Source: the human T2T-CHM13v2.0 reference genome, Homo sapiens. From it: 64,000 nucleotides of DNA. Shown one piece after another: positions 54,761 to 64,000 of the stretch (position 1 is the first letter of the stretch; every line of letters begins with the position of its first letter). Below the pieces are notes generated by a model, which saw only the letters and a list, made by a program, of their open reading frames with translations, had not been told where the DNA came from and ran no database searches. Both the position numbers and the translations under genes were made by a program. Location of the stretch: NCBI RefSeq assembly GCF_009914755.1, contig NC_060943.1; one strand, given 5' to 3'.

Positions 54761-56569
54761 CTTCTCTCTAAGGGACAACTCCTTCCCTGAGCCCTGGTCA
54801 TTGGATATTTTCTTTTCAGCCAAATTTGCTCCTGATTTTTACACAGGGCACTATCTTCTTCCTCATTCAATGGGCTGTCAGTGCTTCTTCGTCCTGCACA
54901 GGGTTGTAAGTGTGTGCAGGGAATTCCAGACTGAGTGTCCAATGGAGCGATGTGCTGACCTCAGAGCAGGAAGGGGAGCCCAGATCAGGCCAGGCACGAC
55001 TGCACCAAGAAGGAGAGGCAGTTGTCCTTCAGGGGCCCGGAATTAGGGATGAGACATGGCCAAGGCTTTCACACATCTCACCCCACCTCACAGTGTGGAA
55101 ACTCTCCCTCCTTCCAGACCTTCATCTTCATCGGCAGAAAACTCTCACTTGGTGATTTTAAGCTTCTGACCTAAATAAACTGTCAACTGCATAAGCCCCT
55201 TCTCCAGGAGAGGTCCCAAACAGTTATTTCCCTGAACTTGATCTTTACGGATTTTCTTCAGATATGCAAATTACAGTCTGACCCCAGGGACTCTATGCAT
55301 GTCAAACCCAAAACACTGCTCCCGAAAACCGCCCCAGATTCCAGATGTACAGCCGCAGAAAGGACAGAACTCCTGAAGTGCACCTGCACGTGGGTCTCCT
55401 GCTTTCCAGGGCGCTGCAGCATGTCAGAACCCACACTCTTTCTGGATCTGCTCTGAGCAGCTGCAAGCCACCTGCAGGGGAGGGCGGCTGCCCAGGAAGC
55501 ACCCAGAACTCCACTTCACTCCTTGGCAGGATCCATACTAGCCTCAGCGTCCCGTCCCTGGCGTCGGTCTCTGCTGCCCCCTGCAGGTTATTCACCTGCT
55601 TCTCACATCATTCATCAGTTTCCATGAGACAAACATCCTCAATCCCACTGCGAGAATAACACACGAGCAAAGCTCTCCTCCAGTGTGTATGTATAAAGTC
55701 GAGGAGGAAGTGTCCAAGATTATTTAACTGCATGAAAGTGAGGCAGTAGTGGCTGGGCGCTGTGGCTCAAGCCTGTAATCCCAGCACTTTGGGAGGGCGA
55801 GGTGGCTGGATCACCTGAGATCAGGAGTTGGAGACCAGCGTGACCAACATGGTGAAATCCCGTCTCTACTAAAAATACAAAAATTAGCCGGGTGTGGTAG
55901 AGCCCACCTGTAATCCCAGCTACTCGGGAGACTGAGGCAGAAGAATCGTTTGTATCAAAGAGGCTGAGGTTGCAGAGAGCCGAGATTGCACCACTGCACT
56001 ACAGCCTGGGCAATAGAGCGAGACTCTGTCTCAAAACAAAACAAAAAAACACACAAATGTTTAGTCATGTTACTTATTTCTGGTTTCCAGCCTGACTTTA
56101 TAACATTCCTGACTCTGGGACTCTCCAGCTCTCCAGAATTATGCTTTGAAGAAAAAACAAGATAGAGCACAGGGCCCACATGTCTCTTATAAACTGTGAA
56201 CCAAAATATTACATAGCAGCCATCTGTCAGAACTGCTTCCAGGCTATTGTCCTCAGTCACAATCCTAAATCAAACTCACTTTCTTTAACAAATTTAATTT
56301 TTTTTCTTCAGTCCACATGAGTAATCTAAAAGAAACACATAGACAGAAGAATCTCTTTATTATCATCTTTCTACCAAGTCAACATCAAGCATTAAAAAAA
56401 TGTAAAACAAAGTGAAAACCATCCTTCTCTGATTCATCGTAGACCCAGAATCTGCCAGTCACCAACACCTATCTTCATTTTCTCTATTACGGCCAACTTT
56501 TATCTAAGAGATATCATAGGGGCATATTTAATAGAGTTTGTCATTTTGTGTTTTATGAATTTTAGAGGT

Positions 56570-57171
56570 TTTTTTGTTTTGTTTTGTTTTGAACTTTTAT
56601 TTGCATTTTCTTTTGGCTGAATTTGTTTGTCTCTTAAGTTTATGTTTCTTCTGGGGTATCTTTTTCTTCCGTGCATCCTCCTTTTCTGCTTTTGGAACAA
56701 GGTGTTTCTTTTCACTAAGCATCATCTGGATGTGGCAGGGGAGTTTGTGGATGGGTTCATCTGCCCATGAGTTCTGTAAGTCAGGTGGTACATTATGGGT
56801 GCCTTTTCCCTGGATGTGCTCAATAACCAGGGAATCTACATCTATACCCTTAAGTTCAGCATAACTCTGCACTTGTAAGCAAATTTCAGTACCTTTTCGG
56901 GGCCACTGATGGTGAGTCCAGCCCCAATGTCTGTCTTGCGTACAGCGACCAACTCCACTTTCTAAGACTGAAATGGTACACATAATTTCTGTAAAAGAAA
57001 ATATTTCAGATACTTGGTGGCTTTTCATATAGGCATACCTGTGATGGCCTGAGCACCTTCACAGTTTACAGTGAACATGAGGGTTTCATCCTTCTAACAT
57101 GCACGACTTCGTGGGATTTTCTGGGTCATAGTGAATAATGTTCATAGATCAACTCAGGCCACACAAGAGGA
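56570..57171 (-). pseudogene. RPL17P: RPL17 processed pseudogene (frameshifted)
   Basis: DPENPTKSC, GVGRC.Q...WGWT...WP.K, AELKGIDVDSLVIEHIQ, PCHI.M.L.EK; AATAAA and A-rich tail. Confidence 0.92.
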
Positions 57172-57491
57172 CAGGTTTTCTTTGGTCTTTAAAAGGAACT
57201 GATTAAAGAAAAAAAAAAAAAAAAGGTGGAAGCCAGGCACAGCAGCTGGTACCTGTAGTGACAGCTACTTGGCAGGCTGAGGTAGAAGGATTGTGAGCCC
57301 AGGAATATGAAGCTCTCATGCACTAAGATCACACTTGTGAATATCACTGCACTCCAGCCGGGTCCAAACAGCAAGACCAACTCTCTAAAAAAAAATTACA
57401 TAATAAAATAATTTAAAAAAAAGTTTGTGGTTAGAAAAAAGTTTTTATTTAAGACATTCATTAAAGAAAAAAGTACTTTGAGAAGAGATTA

Positions 57492-57799
<308 letters not shown>

Positions 57800-58092
57800 T
57801 CACACCTGTAAGCCCAGCATTTTGGGAGGCTGAGGCAGGTGGGTCACTTGAGGTCAGGAGTTCAAGACCAGCTTGGCCAACATGGAGAAACCCGTCTCTA
57901 CTAAAAATACAAAAATGGCCGGGCGCAGTGGCTAACGCCTGTAATCCCAGCACTTTGGGAGGCCAAGGCAGGTGGATCACCTGAGGTCAGAAGTTCGAGA
58001 CCAGCCTGGTCAACATGGTGAAACCCTGTCTCTACTAAAAATACAAAAATTAGCTGGGTGTGGGGGCACACGCCTATAGTCCCAGCTACTCA

Positions 58093-58254
<162 letters not shown>

Positions 58255-58317
58255 TCACACCTGTAATCCCAGCACTTTGGGAGACACTGGTGTGGGTCAC
58301 TTGAGGTCAGGAGTTTA

Positions 58318-58887
<570 letters not shown>

Positions 58888-58968
58888 TTAGGTATTGGGC
58901 TTTCAATAGGAGGGAAAAGATTTTTCTGACCTTCCTGTATATATATACCTGCCACTTTGCTGGGCTAA

Positions 58969-59175
<207 letters not shown>

Positions 59176-59552
59176 TGACCAGGCTGGTCTCGAACTACTG
59201 ACCTCGTGGTCCGCCTGCCTCGGCCTCCCAAAGTGCTGGGATTATAGGCATGAGCCACTGCACCCGGCCAAACCTCGTATTTTTTTTATGACAGAACTGT
59301 CTTAAGGTCTTACTGGAGGTGTGTCTCTCTTAAGAGTTATTTCCAACTCTGTGTCCTAGGTATCTGAGTGAGGCCCCAGCTAAACTACTCCCAAAAATTT
59401 TTGCTCCTGGGCTACTGGCATTTATTTCTGAATGCTGTCAAATGACAGTGACTGCAGAAGCTTCAGAATAATTTTGCGATGGTTCCCATGATTTGAGGGA
59501 AACACATTTTTACCATGATTGGATTCGGTGGCTTCTAGGAATCTTATGTGAA

Positions 59553-60545
<993 letters not shown>

Positions 60546-61223
60546 TCATTGCACTTGTATTTCTAACACTGTACAGCAATGTGTAGGCTTTCTGCCCTGT
60601 CTGAACATGAACAGACCACACATGCTCTACAAGATGGCCCAGCTATACCTGTTATCAAGAAAGATAATATTGATATAGGGCTTCTTAGTACTTTTTAAAC
60701 ATTTTTTGAGATAGGGTCTCACTCTGTCATCCAGGCTGGAGTGCGGTGGTGAGATCTCAGCTCACTGCAACCTCCATCTCCCGATCTGAAGCCGTCCTGC
60801 CACTTCAGCCTCCTGATTACCTGAGGCTACAAGCATACCATCGTGCCTGGCTAATTTTTGTATATTTGCTAGAGATGGGGTTTTGTCACATTTCCCTGGC
60901 TGGTCTCAAACTCCTAGACTCAAGCAATCTGCCCACCTCAGCCTCTTAAAGCATTAGGATTACAGGCATACACCTGGGCGCCCGGCCAACACTATTTTCA
61001 GGTAAACTATTTTACAAGTACTAACTGTCTTTGTCAATTTTATTGCTTCTGAGTCAGGGTCTTGCCCTTTAACCCAGGCTAGAGTGTAATGGTGCTATCA
61101 TGGCCGAGTGTAGCCTCAAACTCTTCAGCTCAAGCAATCTCTGACCTGAACCTCCCAAAGGGCTGGATTATAGGCTTAAGCCAGGATGTTCAGCCTATGT
61201 CACACTTAAATATATGTTTTTAG

Positions 61224-61403
<180 letters not shown>

Positions 61404-61650
61404 TAGTAGAGACAGGGTTTCACCATGTTAGCCAGGATGGTTTCGATCTCCTGACCTCGTGATCCGCCTGCCTCAGCCTCCCAAAGTGCTGGGATTACAG
61501 GCGTGAGCCACCACAGCCGGCCCTAGAGAAAATTTTGTAAGAATAAATACAGTGGAACTTGGCTTATTTCTTGTTTGCTTCTTTTTAACATTTTCTTCCA
61601 TTCTATGATTGTCTAGAGAGACATCACTTTCTCTTGTGAATGCGAATTAC

Positions 61651-61711
61651 CTTAGGTTTCTCCTGGGATTTTTGTACTCATCTTCAATTTTCTGATCTTT
61701 CCATTTTTTTC
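61651..61711 (-). CDS. ZNF625: ZNF625 KRAB-B-type exon
   Basis: GKKWKDQKIEDEYKNPRRNL; 61 bp. Confidence 0.9.
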
Positions 61712-61881
61712 CTAAAATACAGAACCAGAAAAATAGTCCTGAATTAGCAAAATTATGAAAAAAGTACTAGATTCTAAGTTCATGGTACACTGCAGCCTTG
61801 CAGCATTTATTCACATTCCTATTCCCTGTCCTCACTATTCCCTGTCCACACTCCAAATCACTCAACACTACTGACAAGCTA

Positions 61882-62145
<264 letters not shown>

Positions 62146-63117
62146 CTATGGACTCCAAACATTTATTCCATGATCTGGTCATCAGACTTTTTACTCTGTC
62201 AACACTCACTCTTCCATAAAGAAATTCTTTTTTTTTAATTATTATTATTTTTTGAGACAGAATCTCATTCTGTCACCCAAGTGGGAGTGCAGTGGCATGA
62301 TCTTGGCTCACTGCAACCTCCGCCTCCCAGGTTCAAATGATTCTCATGCTTCAGCCTCCCAAGTAGCTGAGATTATAGGCGCCTGCCACCACGCACAACT
62401 AATTTTTGTATTTTTAGTAGAGATGGGGTTTTACCATGTTGGCCAGACTGGTCTCCAACTCCTGACCACAAGTGATCCACCAGCCTTGGCCTCCCAAAGT
62501 GCTGGGATTACAGGCATGAGCCACCAAGCCTGGCTGAGGCCCTACCAATCTGACTGATAAGAGTCATAACTAACTAAAACAAAAAATCAAGAGCAGAAAC
62601 CTTTCTTGGAAACTGTGCTTGGGTAGAAAAGCCTGAATTATAACTGATGAATTGCTGGAGGTTGAATGGCAACAAGATTGGAGAGGCAAAAACTCCAGGG
62701 TGTCCAGTCTCAACAAAAAGGCAAATATTTATCAAATGTAAAAACTTTTGTGTGAAATGGTGTGAGAGAACACCATCAAGAGAGAAAATGAACCCCATGT
62801 GCTCTGTCCAAAGGATGGTAAATGGCTCAGCCCCTATGGAATAGTATGACGGTGCCTGAAAAAAATAATATAACTACCATTTTTTTTTTTTTTTTGAGAT
62901 AGAGTCTCACTCTGTCACACAGGCTGGAGTGCAGTGGCACAATCTTGGCTCACTGCAACCTCAGCCTCCCAGGTTCAAGCAATTTTCTGCCTCAGCCTCC
63001 CAAGTAGCTGGGATTACAGGCGCCCGCCACCATGCCTGGCTAATTTTTGTATTTTTTTTAGTAGAGACAGGGTTTCACCGTCTTGGCCAGGCTGGTTTTG
63101 AACTCCTGACCTTGTGA

Positions 63118-63228
<111 letters not shown>

Positions 63229-63434
63229 TAAAAAAAAATTGAAATCCAGATCTTGAAGACACATTTGAAAACCACTGTTAACAATAGCCAACTTTGGGAG
63301 GCCAAGGCAGGTGGATCACGAGGTCAGGAGATCAAGACCATTCTGGCCAACATAGTGAAACCCCGTCTCTTCTAAAAATACAAAAATTAGCTGGTGTGGT
63401 GGCGGTGGCGTATGCCTGTAATCCCAGCTACTCA

Positions 63435-63560
<126 letters not shown>

Positions 63561-64000
63561 TCAGTAGCCAAGAGCTGCATCAATCCACCTGTCCATTCAT
63601 TGATTGCTGAATGAATAACAAAAATGTGATAGGTATATATATATATATGCAATGGAATATTATTTAATCTTTTAAAATAACAACCTGTCCGTTGTTACAA
63701 CAAGCATGAAAATTTAGGATACTATGCTAACAGCCAAGGTAGTCACCAAAAGAAAAATACAGTATGATTAAAGTTATGTAGAGTTGTCTAACTAAATCAA
63801 CTGTACAGTTAAAATTGCATAAGCTGGTAAAATTTAAGTTTTTTACTTTATAATTATTAAAATTAATAAAATACCAAGTAAAAACCTAATTGATTAAAAG
63901 GTGGGCAAAGTATTTCAGTGACGTTTCTCAAAGATACATACAAGTGACAAGTAAGCACGTGAAAAAGGGTTCAACATCAGGAATCATTCGGCAGAAGTAT

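Overview
Human-type genomic DNA from a KRAB zinc-finger cluster. The deduced proteins match the 19p13.2 genes ZNF788P (+, frameshifted), ZNF20 (-, complete, 532 aa deduced) and ZNF625 (-, exon 1 outside the window). The three genes share the same architecture: ATG-only exon 1, 127-bp KRAB-A exon, 61-bp KRAB-B exon, large finger exon. A third copy of the promoter/exon-1 module (~30.7-33.2 kb, +) has no KRAB or finger exons. ZNF788P intron 1 holds a nested stack: an old NUMT (16S-Leu-ND1-Ile-Gln-Met-ND2) interrupted by an RSL24D1 retrocopy, Alus and an ERV1-type LTR, and that LTR is itself split by a 5.97-kb HERV-K(HML-3)/MER9 provirus. Also present are Y3, 5S and RPL17 retrocopies, solo LTRs, MER1, L1 fragments and a very large number of Alus, which explain most short ORFs in the track. 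I found no well-supported wholly new biological system. The best leads are the orphan KZFP promoter, a paralog-conserved promoter cassette with convergent CTCF-like motifs, the split KRAB/finger frames of ZNF788P with a possible frame-rescuing acceptor, the Alu-derived C-terminus of ZNF625, and splice-acceptor turnover in ZNF20. Gene and repeat-family names come from recognition of the sequence, not from database searches.
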